Below are positions 1 through 14,732 of a DNA stretch of 64,000 bases, piece by piece (position 1 is the stretch's first letter; each line of letters starts with the position of its first letter). The DNA is from the human T2T-CHM13v2.0 reference genome, Homo sapiens. The stretch lies in assembly GCF_009914755.1 (NCBI RefSeq), contig NC_060928.1. The stretch is one strand, 5' to 3'. Both the position numbers and the translations under genes were made by a program. A model generated the notes under the pieces. The model saw nothing but the letters and a program-made list of their open reading frames with translations. It ran no database searches and had not been told where the DNA came from.

Positions 1-121
1 CTAGGCAGCAGACTGTAATTATGATTTATTTATTGCTAATAAAATAAGATAAAGACATTTGATCAGGATATTTTTAGCTGTGTTTGTAAAAGCATTCTGT
101 ATACGACTCTGGATAGCTTTT

Positions 122-514
<393 letters not shown>

Positions 515-2155
515 TAAACATATTCTTATTATGAATGTATACACCCTATTTCTGAGTTCTACTGCCTCCTTTTTTGAATCAAAAACTAAGGTACACTGTT
601 TTATTACTCAGGATCATTGTGTTATTAACAACTTAGAAGTTAGCTTATATTATTCTTTGCTTTCCAAAAATCTTACCTTTCTTTAGATGATTTCCTCTTT
701 ATTTTTGCTAAAAGCTGATTTTTTTTTAACATTTCAATTCCACATGGGAAATGATCATCTGCTGCATAAACAGCATGATTCCAAGGCTTTTCTGAAAATT
801 AACTCTAGTGTTAAAGGGCAGAAACTATGTACAGAGCCCAGGAAAAAACAAAATTTTACTGTCTCTTATTATAAAATATCTAGTTCTGAAATCTATGCCA
901 AGACAGTTGGTATCCTGAAGTCTACCTGTAATCCAAGGTCCAAAGAAATCTACCCTTATGTGATGATTGAGCCATTGGAGGGAGATCATACCTTTGAGCT
1001 GTGTTTGACTTGAACATGCTCTCCCTTAGCTGGTGACCAGCCACTTGGTAACCTCAGTAATTATTTTTCAAGACAGACACTTTAAACTTTATTTTCTTAA
1101 CATCAGTAACATTTTCTTGTTCACACGTATTTATGCTGGAAGTTAAGGTATAGGATCATGTGAGATTAGTTAACAGCTTGATTCAAGATGATGTATCTGA
1201 CACTGTTTTGCCATATTTTTATATTTCACACAGGAATAGAGTGAGAAACTTATATATTTTAACTTTATTCTTGACTGAGAAACACAATAGGTAGTTTAAA
1301 CTAAATTAAAAAATAAAGATTTTAAAAGTCAGACATTTTATGATATCACCAAATGAGAATTCACTTACATTCATTTATTGAGGATATGTATTTTTAACCT
1401 TGAGTTTTCATGAGTGATTTCAAATTACTTTTACTAGTGTCTTAATATTCTCATATGTTGAGAGAGCTGAAATTTTTAGTATCCCATTTTATAAGTTGCA
1501 TAATAGAAGGGTTGAAATTACATGGTTTTTTTCAGGAACTATATTCATTAAATGTTTATGGTTGTACTCTTTACTAGGCAATTATGATTTCCTTTTGACA
1601 GTAAGAGAAATATTAAGATATGTGGAAATCATCACAAGTGCTCCTCTAAAGCTCATCTCATACTTGTATTTTTTTGACTGTTAGTAGCATCATAATGCTA
1701 CAAAATGTATTTCTAGGGAGGTAAGTAATGCTCGTCAATCCATTTAATAGCTTCCCATATGAGGAAGCTTACTCTTATTCAACATTACTTTTTATTCAAG
1801 TACTTTTGCAGGAATTCAATTTGACTAACATTATGGAAATTGAGAACCTATATTTTTCAGCCCCGTTATTATGCTACCCTATCCCCTAATAAATGCTCTA
1901 TCATCCCTTCAATTCTTAAGCAGGGAGGATTTGTCTGAATCATTGCTTCATTATTCACAATGACCAGCACCATATACAATAATAATTTTTTTATTCAACT
2001 GGCCAAATTCTTTACAACTCTTGAACTTCTTTTGGAATATGAGAAAGTGTGATTTATATCTAATGTGTAATTGTTTCTTAGGCTTTCATAGCTTTTTAGA
2101 AACTAAGACAAAGGAGATATACAATTGCTTTTTTTCCATATTCTTTCCAAGATAG

Positions 2156-2496
<341 letters not shown>

Positions 2497-2597
2497 AAAT
2501 ATTTAATTTTATAGTGTGTTTAATCTCAATAAATATATGATGCCTGACTTTGAATTATGGACAATAATTTTTAAATTTAAAGAAAAAAATATATTTT

Positions 2598-3082
2598 TGT
2601 TGGGAACAGGCCCCCCAAAATCTGGCCATAAACTTGCGCCAAAACTGGCCATAAACAAAATCTCTGAAGCACTGTGACTTGTTTGTGATGACCGTGACAC
2701 ACATGCTGAAGGTTGTGTGTTTACCAGAATGAGGGTAAGAAGCACCTGGCCCACTCAGGGCGGAAAACCACTTAAAGGCATTCTTGTGCCTTAAGGACAT
2801 GCTCCTGCTGCAGATAACTAGCCTAAGCCCATCCCTTTATTTCAGCCCATCCCTTTGTTTCCCATAAGGAATACTTTTAGTTAATCTATAATCTATAGAA
2901 ACAATGCTCATCACTGGCTTGCTGTTAATAAATACATGGGTAAATCTCTGTTCGAGGCTCTCAGCTCTGAAGGCTGTGAGACCCCTGACTTCCCACTTCA
3001 CACCTCTGTATTTCTGTGTGTGTGTCTTGAAATCCTCTAGCACCTCTAGGTTAGGGTCTCCCCCACCGAGCTGGTCTCAGCA
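2598..3082 (+). mobile_element. MER9-type solo LTR (HERV-K9/HML-3)
   Basis: Runs TGTTGGGAACAGGCCCCCCAAAATCTGGCCATAAAC to GAGCTGGTCTCAGCA, with TG..CA ends, an internal AATAAA and a 6-bp TSD tatttt (2592-2597, 3083-3088). Confidence 0.88.
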
Positions 3083-3084
3083 TA

Positions 3085-3354
3085 TTTTGAGTGAGGGTCT
3101 CACTCTAGAATGCAGTGGTGCGATCTCAGCTCACTCTAAATTCTACCTTGCAGGTTCAACCAATTATACCTCAGCCTCCCAAGTAGCTAGGACCACAGGC
3201 ATGCGCCGTCACGCCCAGCTAATTTTTTTATTTTTAGTAGAGAAAGTGTTTCACCATATTGGCCAGGCTGGTCTCAAACTCCTGGCCTATGTGATCCACC
3301 TGCCTCAACCTCCCAAAGTGCTGGGATTGCGGTCATGAGCCACCGTGCCCAGCC
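3085..3354 (-). mobile_element. Diverged Alu (AluJ/S) with small deletions
   Basis: Recognisable Alu dimer ending gtgcccagcc. Confidence 0.88.
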
Positions 3355-3846
3355 TAAAATTAAAACATGTATATATTTAAAAGCTTTTTATTTTTCTAAT
3401 TATAAAAATAATACTCATTGTAAAAAAAAATCTGAATAGTACAGAGAACATAAAAGAAGCAGGAAGAAAATGTCACTTAGAATGACAATACCCAGAGGCA
3501 GTCACTGTTAACATTTTGGCATATTTCATTCCATATATAATTCTGATTGTGCAGAATATAAACTGTTTAAAAGTTGAGAGAATCATAATATGTTAGAGGA
3601 AAAAGCAAGGCATAAATTATAAGTATAGGACTAAACTTAAATGAATATATGAATATCTTTTTTTAAATTAAACAAAATCTGAAATGATAGGCCAAGATTT
3701 CATATGGCCCAGAGATGATATATTGACAACTATTCCATGGGAAATGAAAATCTCACTGAAATCAACAGTGAACTCCAATGAATGATTCCAGTTTGGAATG
3801 AATAATTCAAAATAATGAAAGCATAGATTCTAATGGTAATAATCTT

Positions 3847-4113
3847 TTATTATTATTATTATTATTATACTTTAAGTTTTAGGGTACATGTGCACAATGT
3901 GCAGGTTAGTTACATATGTATACATGTGCCATGCTGGTGTGCTGCACCCACTAACTCGTCATCTAGCATTAGGTATATCTCCCAATGCTATCCCTCCCCC
4001 CTCCCCCCACCCCACAACAGTCCCCAGAGTGCAATGTTCCCCTTCCTGTGTCCATGTGTTCTCATTGTTCAATTCCCACCTATGAGTGAGAATATGCGGT
4101 GTTTGGTTTTTTG
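3847..4113 (-). mobile_element. 5'-truncated L1PA2/PA3 3' end
   Basis: L1PA 3' UTR with the GAG (not ACA) diagnostic and a (TTA)n tail. TSD tggtaataatctt at 3834-3846 and 4112-4124. Confidence 0.92.
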
Positions 4114-5861
4114 GTAATAATCTTAATTACACAGAATTGTTCAATATGTTGATGTAGGGAGGAGCAAAAATTTTATAGATAAGCTACTCACAGATGAATT
4201 ATTATGAAAAATAGAATAACATAAATGAATATGAAGAATTTTCTGGTACTTCATATGAAGAAATTTAAAAAACCTTTCTTATAAATAATTAAACCAGTTA
4301 TAGCATTAAAAGTGGTCTCAAATAATATCTCCTCAAACATTGTTATTTGACAGATTGTGAAATTGAAATTCTGACACCTTGCATTCTTTGTGCAAGACCT
4401 ATGGTCCAGAAGTGGGGAAGAATCTGGTAGAACCCATGTTGCGTCAGAACACTGGCTTCTCCTTTCCAAAGTTCTAAGCCAAATGGCAATAGCACTTAGA
4501 CAAGAGATTATATGATTTCTCTTCCATTATTTGTTCACGATTGATCAATTCCTTTATTCCTTCCATTTAAAAATTAATTTCTAACATTCATTAATAAATT
4601 CTATGAGCCAACCACCAATAAAAGAACTTTCTACACATTTTAAAGTTTAATTGTCACAAAAACATTAGGTGCAGTTACTAGTACTATTCTCATTTTTAAG
4701 TAAAAACACAAACAGAGGAGGCAACTAGAAAATAACAGAACTGGAATGTGGACCAAATACTTCTAGCATCCCCATTTCAAATAACTATACTCTTGGACAA
4801 ATTTTGGTTTGACTTTGAAAAAATAATTTTTAGGCTACTTGCAGAGAACTAGATCATTTCTAATTTCTTAGATATATACGTACTCAAGTCTAATCTATGT
4901 GTTTGGGTTTTTATATTTCAGAGTCTAGGATGAAATCTGAGGTGATAATATTGTCATCTTGAAATATAAAAACCCGGGCACATGGACAGCTGAGCTAATG
5001 CTGTCACAGGTGGTGAATTTTCCCTTTCCTCATCACCTATATTTTCAGTCATGAGAGATTCTCAGCTTTTATTTGCACCTCTGCATTCTAGGTTTCACAA
5101 GAGTGTCACAATTTAACATATTTAATGTCTTAGACATCATTTCTTGATTTACACGTATAAACTTGCAATTTATTTTATTTGAATCCAATTTCAGTTATCT
5201 TCTCATGCTAAATGAGCTTTAGAAAGTTTTTCTGTCTGGAACAGTATAGTGATACTTAGAAAAATTAAAACTTTTAAAGTAAATGATTTTCTGAATTTTC
5301 TGTTGGAAACATTTTCTTTTTCATACAGAAAAATGTATTTCCTTTCATTTTAGGCTTTACATTTCAGAATTTCAAACAAAAAACAGTGTCCACTTTTTTA
5401 ATGTACCATCTTCTTAGTACACCTACTTTCCCCTTTGGTCTTATTATAGTAAGGTTTAGTTTCACTTTTCCTTATCAGTATTACTTCCCTATTTTGTACT
5501 TTTTTGATAAATATTCCACTATATTAATCTTGATTCAATGACGTAAAATGGTGCCCCATAGTGCCTTCTTCAAGAGCATATTAATCATACCAAATTACTC
5601 TGCTCAAAATGCATTCAGGCACTTTCTTCATATTATCCTTTTGATCTCTGGGATGTATTTTCCCATTGTTAATTGAAACATTAGTGTTACACATTTTATC
5701 ATTTTTTCCTTTATTATTATATTCAAATGTTAGGAATGCTTTCCCATAACCCTGGAACCCACTTAGATATTAGTGATGCTTTGTCCATCAACCAGAAAAT
5801 TCATATTTTCTGTGTCTAGTATATTGTCTTTGCGTAATTTTCTTTTAAATATATGGCTACA

Positions 5862-6176
<315 letters not shown>

Positions 6177-6804
6177 AAATATATGGCTACAAGAATAATT
6201 ACATTCTTTTGGAATACATATATTCCCCTTTGGCTTGGCTGCTTATCCACTAAATAATGGTTTTAGCTAAATCAGTGGATTTTATTGAGCTTCTACTATG
6301 TGGCAGGCCTTTAATCCATGGAGTTGAGGTAGATGTAAAGATTATTGATTATGGACATCCAGATATCACTATCTAATGAAAGGGACAGGAAAGTAAATAA
6401 TATGTAAATAATGTAATGCAGTGTGACAATAGTTCTAATGAGGTGCAGTGCATCCAAAGAGCTATTGCCAAGTGGGAGATAGGAAGGATCTTCCACTAGA
6501 AGCAACCATTGATGTGAATGTTGTAAAGTAATTAGAGGGAAAAATGGGGTTAGGCACAATAGGCGAAACAGAAGAGCCTATATGAAGGAATGAAAGATTG
6601 TGGTTTCAGGAACTGGTGAGAAGATTGGAAAGACTGCAATGGCAAACCAGGTGGGTCATGAGGGCCTTTCCTATCTCAGAACACAAGCAAGTCTGCTGAC
6701 AAGGCCCACTTGCTAGAACTTCTCTTGTGTGAGGCTGAGGAAGGACAAGATGTAGGTGGATCTGCCAAAGGTCTTTTACCCTCAGTGCAAAGTATGACTT
6801 TGTG

Positions 6805-7035
6805 ACCAAGAGCAGAGGGTTTGGAGTCAGACAGACCTGGGTTTAAGTGAAGCTTTGTGACTTATGACAATTTATTTAACTTTTTAAAAACTCAATTCTT
6901 AGTAAAATCATAATTCTTCTCAGAAGATAATGGTTGCATCCCTTGGGATGAGTGTGAGGATTAAATATGATTATGGATATAAATTTCTACATAGGGCATT
7001 TGAGACATAGTCAAAACTCAGTACTTACTAGCTTA
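6805..7035 (+). mobile_element. MIR
   Basis: MIR core motifs tttggagtcagacagacctgggttt and gtgaggattaaatatgat. Boundaries approximate. Confidence 0.7.
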
Positions 7036-7378
7036 CTTTTACACCAACCCCAAACAAGCTTCTTTTAGGGCTTTATCTATCAATAGAGTGATCCTCAAGG
7101 AAAGTTTTCCTAGACCTAACTGGGAAGGGTCCTTTTTTAATTTAACATACCCTACTGAATAAATGGGGTGATAAACAAAACTTATTTCTGTCTCAAAGGT
7201 GAGTAGACTCAGTTTCTACAATTTTTTAAGCTGAGGATCGGATATACTTATATATAATATTTCTGAGAAAGTGAAAGGAAATTAAAATATTATTTAGAAG
7301 GTTGCTTTATATGGAAGCAAGCAGTTTCAAAATCATTTTACCTAGTCATATGAAAATATGAAACTAAATACTATTCCG

Positions 7379-7493
7379 TTCCATGATGTGATTATTATGT
7401 ATTGCATGCTTGTACCAAAATAGCTCACATACCCCATAAATATATATACCTACTATGTACCAACAAAAGTTAAAAATTAAAAAATTAAAAAAG
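7379..7493 (+). mobile_element. L1MA 3'-terminal fragment
   Basis: ccatgatgtgattatt...ccccataaatatatatacctactatgtacc followed by an A-rich tail; homologous to 44345-44460. Confidence 0.8.
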
Positions 7494-8080
7494 ATACTAC
7501 ATCACCAATTTATTTATGTACATATAGCAGTCAGATATTTTAAATTTACAAGTTAAAATCCTCAGATATAGCATCCCTGAAATTTTATGAAAATATTCCT
7601 AAATATATCAGATTAATATGTTGATTAATATTCTGAAAAACATGCCAAAAAAAGCCTGCTGTCAAAATTCAAGTACTACCTCTTAGATAACTGTAAAGAA
7701 TTTGAAGCTACTTGAGAGAAAACAACTGAGATATTTACCTGTCTTTTTCAAATCCATTTTAGACCAAGAAGAATCATTATTACCTATTGGTAAGGATTAC
7801 ACATTTGACACAATAAAAATAATCATTTTCTCTAGCAGTGAAAACCAATTGACAACATATAGCTGCCTCTGGGAATTCTTTGTAAAGTAAATCATCCTTG
7901 TGAGATATTTCAGTGAGAAACAAGAACTGATAAGCATACTGACTTACTCATAAATTGTCATTTCTATGTAAATTAGCAATCCTAACTGAAACATCAATGC
8001 AATGTCAAATAAGGTATAATCTTATGCTATGGTAAGAATTAATGCCTTAGACATTTTTACTAGAGATTTGGGCCATAGGG

Positions 8081-8551
8081 TTTTTGTTTTTGTTTTTGTT
8101 TTTATTATACTTTAAGTTTTAAGGTACAGGTGCACAACGTGCAGGTTTGTTACATATGTATACATGTGCCATGTTGGTGTGCTGCACCCATTAACTCGTC
8201 ATTTACCATTAGGTATACCTCCTAATGCTATCCCTCCCCCCTTCCCCCACCCCACAACAGGCCCCAGTGTATGATGTTCCCTTTCCTGTGTCCATGTGTT
8301 CCTATTGTTCAATTCCCACCTATGAGTGAGAACATGTGGTGTTTGGCACACGTATGTTTATTGCCGCACTGTTCACAATAGCAAAGACTGGGAACCAACC
8401 CAAATGTCCAACAATGATAGACTGGATTAAGAAAATGTGGCACATATATACCATGGAATACTATGCAGCCATACAAAATGATGAGTTCATGTCCTTTGTA
8501 GGGACATGGATGAAGCTGGAAACCATCATTCTCAGCAAACTATTGCAAGGA
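8081..8551 (-). mobile_element. L1PA4/5 with a 5' inversion (twin priming)
   Basis: Minus-strand 3' end at 8081-8346 joined to a plus-strand ORF2 C-terminal piece at 8347-8551. Confidence 0.9.
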
Positions 8552-8670
8552 TATGTTGTTTTTAACAGCTCTGAAAATTTTGTGTGTTTGATTCCATCAG
8601 ATAATTCCTGTGATAAATTGACTGCTGTATGCATGGATAAAACTGTGGGTTGGGAAACAGTATAGGGTAG

Positions 8671-9069
8671 TGTATTAGTCTGTTTTCACACTGCTATAAA
8701 GAACACTCAAGACTGGGTAATTTTTAAGACTGGGTAATTTTTAAGAAGACTGGGTAATTTTTAAGACTGGGTAATTTAAATAACTCACAGTTCTGCATGG
8801 CCAAGAAGGCCTCAGGAAACTTAAAATCATGGTGGAAGGTGAAGGGGAAGCAAGGAATATCTTACATGGCAGCAGGAGATAGAGAGGGCAGGGGAAGTGC
8901 TACAGTTTTAAACAAGCAGATCTTGTGAGAACTGACTCACTATCATGAGAACAGCATGGGGGAAACCACCCCCGTGATCTAGTCACCTCCTACCAGATTC
9001 CTCCCTTAACACCTGGGGATTACAATTCGAGATGAGATTTGTGTAGGAACACAGAGCCAAACCATATCT
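8671..9069 (-). mobile_element. THE1D-like MaLR solo LTR
   Basis: tgtattagtctgttttcacactgct...gagccaaaccatatc; homologous to 37540-37901. Confidence 0.88.
8709..8777. repeat. 17-bp tandem repeat (AAGACTGGGTAATTTTT), about 4 copies
   Basis: Units start at 8709, 8726, 8746 and 8763, with an extra AAG at 8743-8745. Confidence 0.95.
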
Positions 9070-9420
9070 AGTAGTGATCAAGGTTCTCTGAAGTCTGACT
9101 AGCTAGGTATTCTCCTGACTTCAGCAATAACTAGCTGTGTGGCCTTGAAGAGTTCATTTATTGCTCAGAACCTTATTTTCCTTATTAAAAATGGCAACTT
9201 CCATCCCTTTTCCTCACCCTCCCTGTCAGCATCTGCTGCGCTCCAGATTTTACTCATATATCGTTTGCCTCCCCTCATTAGATTGCAAATCGTATGAAGG
9301 AAGGCTTACCACCATGTCCTCTGCATCCTGAATAGCACCTGGTACATAGTTGGCTGGTAAATATTTGTTCAAAGAAATCCATATAACAAGGATAATATTA
9401 TTGCCTGCCTCTTGGGTTGG

Positions 9421-9424
<4 letters not shown>

Positions 9425-9456
<32 letters not shown>
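9425..9456. repeat. (GT)16 microsatellite
   Basis: Read directly. Confidence 0.97.
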
Positions 9457-9460
<4 letters not shown>

Positions 9461-9571
9461 ATATAGTGAGTTAATATATGCAAGGCACTAAGAATAGTAC
9501 TGGCACATAGTCAATGTTCAGTAGTTGTTAGTTGTTATTCATATTCATGAGAAGTTTGGGGTATTTATTTT

Positions 9572-9953
9572 TGTATTTTGTCTCTTTTTAGTTTTTTTTA
9601 CTATTATTATTTTTAATTTTTCCATAAGTTATTGGGGTGCAGGTGGTATTTGGTTACATGTGTAAGTTCTTTAGTGGTGATCTGTAAGATTTTGGTGCAC
9701 CCATCACCCAAGCAATATACACTGCACCATATTTGTAGTCTTCTATCCCTCACTCCCACAGGTCCCTCAAATCCATTGCATCATTCTTATGCCTTTGTCT
9801 CCTCGCAGCTTAGCTCCCAGATATCATTGAGAACATACGATGTTTGGTTTTCCACTCCTGAGTTACTTCACTTAGAATAATAGTCTCCAATCTCATCCAG
9901 GTCACTGCAAATGCTGTTAATTCATTCCTTTTTATGTCTGCGTAGTATTCCAT

Positions 9954-9998
<45 letters not shown>

Positions 9999-10608
9999 GT
10001 CTCACACAGTTTCTTTATCCACTCGTTGATTGATGGGCATTTGGGTTGGTTCCACGATTTTGCCGGATTCGCTCCCTCCCCTGAGTTCTGGCCAGGAAGC
10101 TTCTTGCCCCGTTCAAATTGTTACAAAGTTCAGCTAGAGAATTCCTTCTCCCTGTGGAGTTTTACCCCCTGCTCCTCTGGCCATCTTCCTGATGGATCCC
10201 TTTGGCGCCAGCGAGGAATGGCTGCCTGGGAACCCAGTGAGCTCCCAGGGCCTTTCTGCTACCTCCTCTACCTCGGTGTTTTGCTCTGCTCTCCAAATTG
10301 ACTCAGTCAGGGAAAGTTAGACACTTCTCCCGCAAACAGATCTTCAGCTTCTCCAGTGGGGCTGTGTGTTCGGGAGAGGAGGGTCTCTCTTTCCCACTTC
10401 CGCAGTTGGGGCACTCATAGTTTTGGGGGGGGTCTCCTGGGTCCTGTAGGAGCAGTCCGCTTCCTCCAGAGGGTCTGTGGGTCCTCTCGGGATTGCTGGT
10501 TTGTTCTTGTAGTTAATCTGGAGCTAAAATTCACAATGCGAGCCCCCGCTTGCTGCTCTGTCTGGAGTTGCACTCTAGTCCTGCCTCCTCCTGTCCGCCA
10601 TGATCTCC
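9572..10608 (-). mobile_element. Internally deleted L1PB (L1PBa 5' UTR fused to L1PB1-like 3' end)
   Basis: 3' end at 9572-10062 including (CA)n at 9956-9995. 5' UTR at 10063-10608, starting GGAGATCATGGCGGAC on the minus strand. TSD ggtatt(t/c)atttt at 9560-9571 and 10609-10620. Confidence 0.85.
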
Positions 10609-11715
10609 GGTATTCATTTTAGGTCAAACCCATATTTTAATTTTTTTTCTTTTAGGCAATAAATTAATTATGGCTTCCATTTCACTTGCTAGCTAGAAGT
10701 CATCACTAAAAACACTCCAGTTTCTACACAGTAACTTAAAGTTTACCTTGCTACATTGGGAAAGGAAAGATTAGGCACTAGATCCATTTGCTAAGATAAT
10801 ACAGTCATGCACTTGAGATATAAGAGAAATACAATCCAGTGTCAAGGGCATGCAGTTTAAAGTGAAGAGTGATATTATTTTGTTAATTGCTTCATGCTTT
10901 ATTATTTAATTTAGCTATTCAATCGTGATAGTAAAAACAAAACAGAACAAAACAATTCTATTGTTACTTAAACATAGGTAATTTTAATATACAGCCTCTT
11001 TTTCATACTTTTTGCAATGGCAAGGGTCTCTAACTTTTAGGCATTAGAGATGGATGTCCCTTCATTCTCTTCCTAGTCTCTCATTCCAGGATCTTGTTTA
11101 TGCCCTTCTAGCATCCTCCCACCTCTCCCTTTCAGCAATGCAATCACTCCCCAAGTTCTAGCTGCTTCATAGGCTTATCCCCTTATCTGCTGAGCCACGG
11201 AGGCAACTGGGGCTGGACATACATGCCTTGCTCTTACTTCCCTGCACTTAGCCCCCTTGTACTTTACTTAAGCCTATCACACTAGGTTCCACAGTTACAT
11301 GTAAAAACCTGTAGTGTACTGAAGGCAATACCAGAAATTGAAACATTAAAGTTGTCATTACTTCCTGGAGTCTCATGGCAATTGCAGGTAGGCCTTTCTC
11401 AAAGAGAGGTTTGGTACTTTTTTACTCTTAATCCGCTTCTTCCAACCTCATCTCCTTGAAGTATGTTCAGTTGATATACAATAATGCATTTATTTTACCA
11501 ATAGTTATTGAGTGCTGGTCACTTCCTGGATCTCATGGAGACTGGAGAAAGGAGTTATGAGAATATAGGTCCAATGGCTAGAATGTTCTCTCTCTTCTCT
11601 TCACCATTTTAAGTTTCAGACCCACTTCTGAGGAGGCCAACCTGAATGCCTAATACATGTCTTTAGCTTAACAATGAACATACAGTGGTGGTGGCGTTTT
11701 TAGTTAGGACATGGA

Positions 11716-11900
11716 GATACACACGCACACACACATATATACACACGCACACAAATATATAAGCATATATATGTATACACACACTCATATTCTTAGGACA
11801 TGGAAATATAGGTAATTTGTATGTATTAACACATACTATATAAAAAAATTTATGTGTGTGTATATATACACAATAAAATTTGTGTGTGTGTATATATATG
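11716..11900. repeat. (CA/TA/TG) low-complexity tract
   Basis: Read directly. Confidence 0.8.
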
Positions 11901-12419
11901 ATTATGTCTATCTAATTACCTTCTAAACTATTTAAAGCTTATATAAAAAGGAAAATTAACTCAAATTGTTATCTAAACATCAGTGAAGTTTCATTTTCTA
12001 CCCAAGGGCCAGAAAAACTTCGTCATTTATTTACTTTGGAAAATTTGGGATTTTTCTATTGAATTTACTACTTATGGCTCTGTTACTTTATTCCTAGGTT
12101 AATTCTATCTGCTTTTTAGTTTTCTATGTCTGTTTGATACAAAATACTATATTCTCTGCACATTTTAGAAAAGTGTTAGAAGAGGAAAGAAAGATTCTAT
12201 TTGGCTTCACATTTTATTGAGGAGGAACAGTTTCTCACTCACAGAATATAAGAGCTGTCTACAAATAGTTTTAAATGTTTGACAGAAATTCAGTAATCCA
12301 TCACTGGATAGGGATTATATTTTTAAGGGTGTGTTCAGAATGAAATACAATGTCAGTAAAAGTCTTGATAAACTGTAAAAACTCATTAGAGTATAAAATA
12401 TTTTTATTATTGCACTTAA

Positions 12420-13525
<1,106 letters not shown>

Positions 13526-14066
13526 ATGTGGTAGATAGAATAAAGTACTGTCCTTGAGATATAAATCATTTAAAAAAACCTAACTAGGCGTGGATTTATT
13601 TGATTATTAAACCAGGCAACAAATATTTATTAAGCCTCTACCATGTGCCAGGCACAACTGTATGCACTAGAGATATAGAGGTGTCAAGTTCGACTAAGGT
13701 GTTGGTAAGAAAAGGTGCCTCAAAGGAATAATGAGTGAATTTGGGTGGGAGATAGAGTAGAAGGAGAGGGGAAGGATAATCTTGGGTGGCGGTTTATATT
13801 TTTAGTTGAGAATCACTGTCAGTTAATAGTTGTTGCTCCTATGAATATCCTGGTCAAAACACCTACAAAGCAGAGAGCCAAGCCTACACATTTAACCCTT
13901 GGAAAAAAATTGCTGGAGTTAGCCCTTCTCTTATCAGTTTTTCTTTCTCTGTTGTCTTTGGGAAGGGTGGTAAGTGCAGGTTCCATTCTGTTCCCTTATT
14001 CAGTCCCAGTACTAGCTAATTTTGTTTTATAAAATAGGCTTCTTTTATTCTTAGGGCAAAAGCAAA

Positions 14067-14107
14067 ACTTCCTTTTGCTCAGTAGAAGTAGCAGCTGGGA
14101 AAGTCCC
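14067..14107. promoter_or_regulatory. Candidate B-cell enhancer motif cluster (ETS/PU.1, E-box, kappaB)
   Basis: ACTTCCTTTT at 14067-14076, CAGCTG at 14092-14097, GGAAAGTCCC (= GGGACTTTCC) at 14098-14107. Motif evidence only. Confidence 0.35.
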
Positions 14108-14687
14108 AGTTATCTCTGTTCCAAATTAGGTTTTAACTTATTAACATTATCTTTGTCCCAGGACCTTCTTCTGCTCTTTGAATTTTGAGTTCGTGGTTTC
14201 TTCAGTTTTGGAAAGTAATTAGTTTTGGAAAACGAATTTTCTATTTGAAGTTGTCTTTTCCAAACATGTTTTGGACTCCGTTTTCTCTGTTGTGATGTCT
14301 CTGTTCATTTAGTTCCAGATTAACTTTTATCTTTGAGAAACTCCTCAAAATTTGTTCTTATGTAATTGCACCATTTATCAATTTCTAGTGCTTTAATACA
14401 TTCATTATCTTAAAAGCAATCTTTTCTATTATTGCATTTATATGTTGTAGAGTAGGAAAATAGATACATGTTCTCAGTCTGCAATCTTCATCATTTCATT
14501 CCTCTACTTGAATTAAATATACATACATAATTTAAACCTGTAAAATAAATACATTTTCAGTGTAGAAAAATCAGAATATGTATTACATATACTGTATTAT
14601 TAGATGTTATTAATATTATATATTTATATCTATTTAGTAAATTACACATGACCCACAAGCCAGAAAGAACCACTCAATATTTTTCGG

Positions 14688-14688
<1 letters not shown>

Positions 14689-14732
<44 letters not shown>
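14689..14732. repeat. (TA)n(CA)n microsatellite
   Basis: Read directly. Confidence 0.95.

Noticed and set aside
8709-8777. Regularly spaced direct repeats, superficially CRISPR-like
   Set aside because: No unique spacers, located inside a MaLR LTR in human DNA; it is a minisatellite.
11330-11530. Scattered IRF/ETS-like motifs (gaaattgaaac, acttcctgg)
   Set aside because: Short motifs at roughly background frequency; not enough for a regulatory call.
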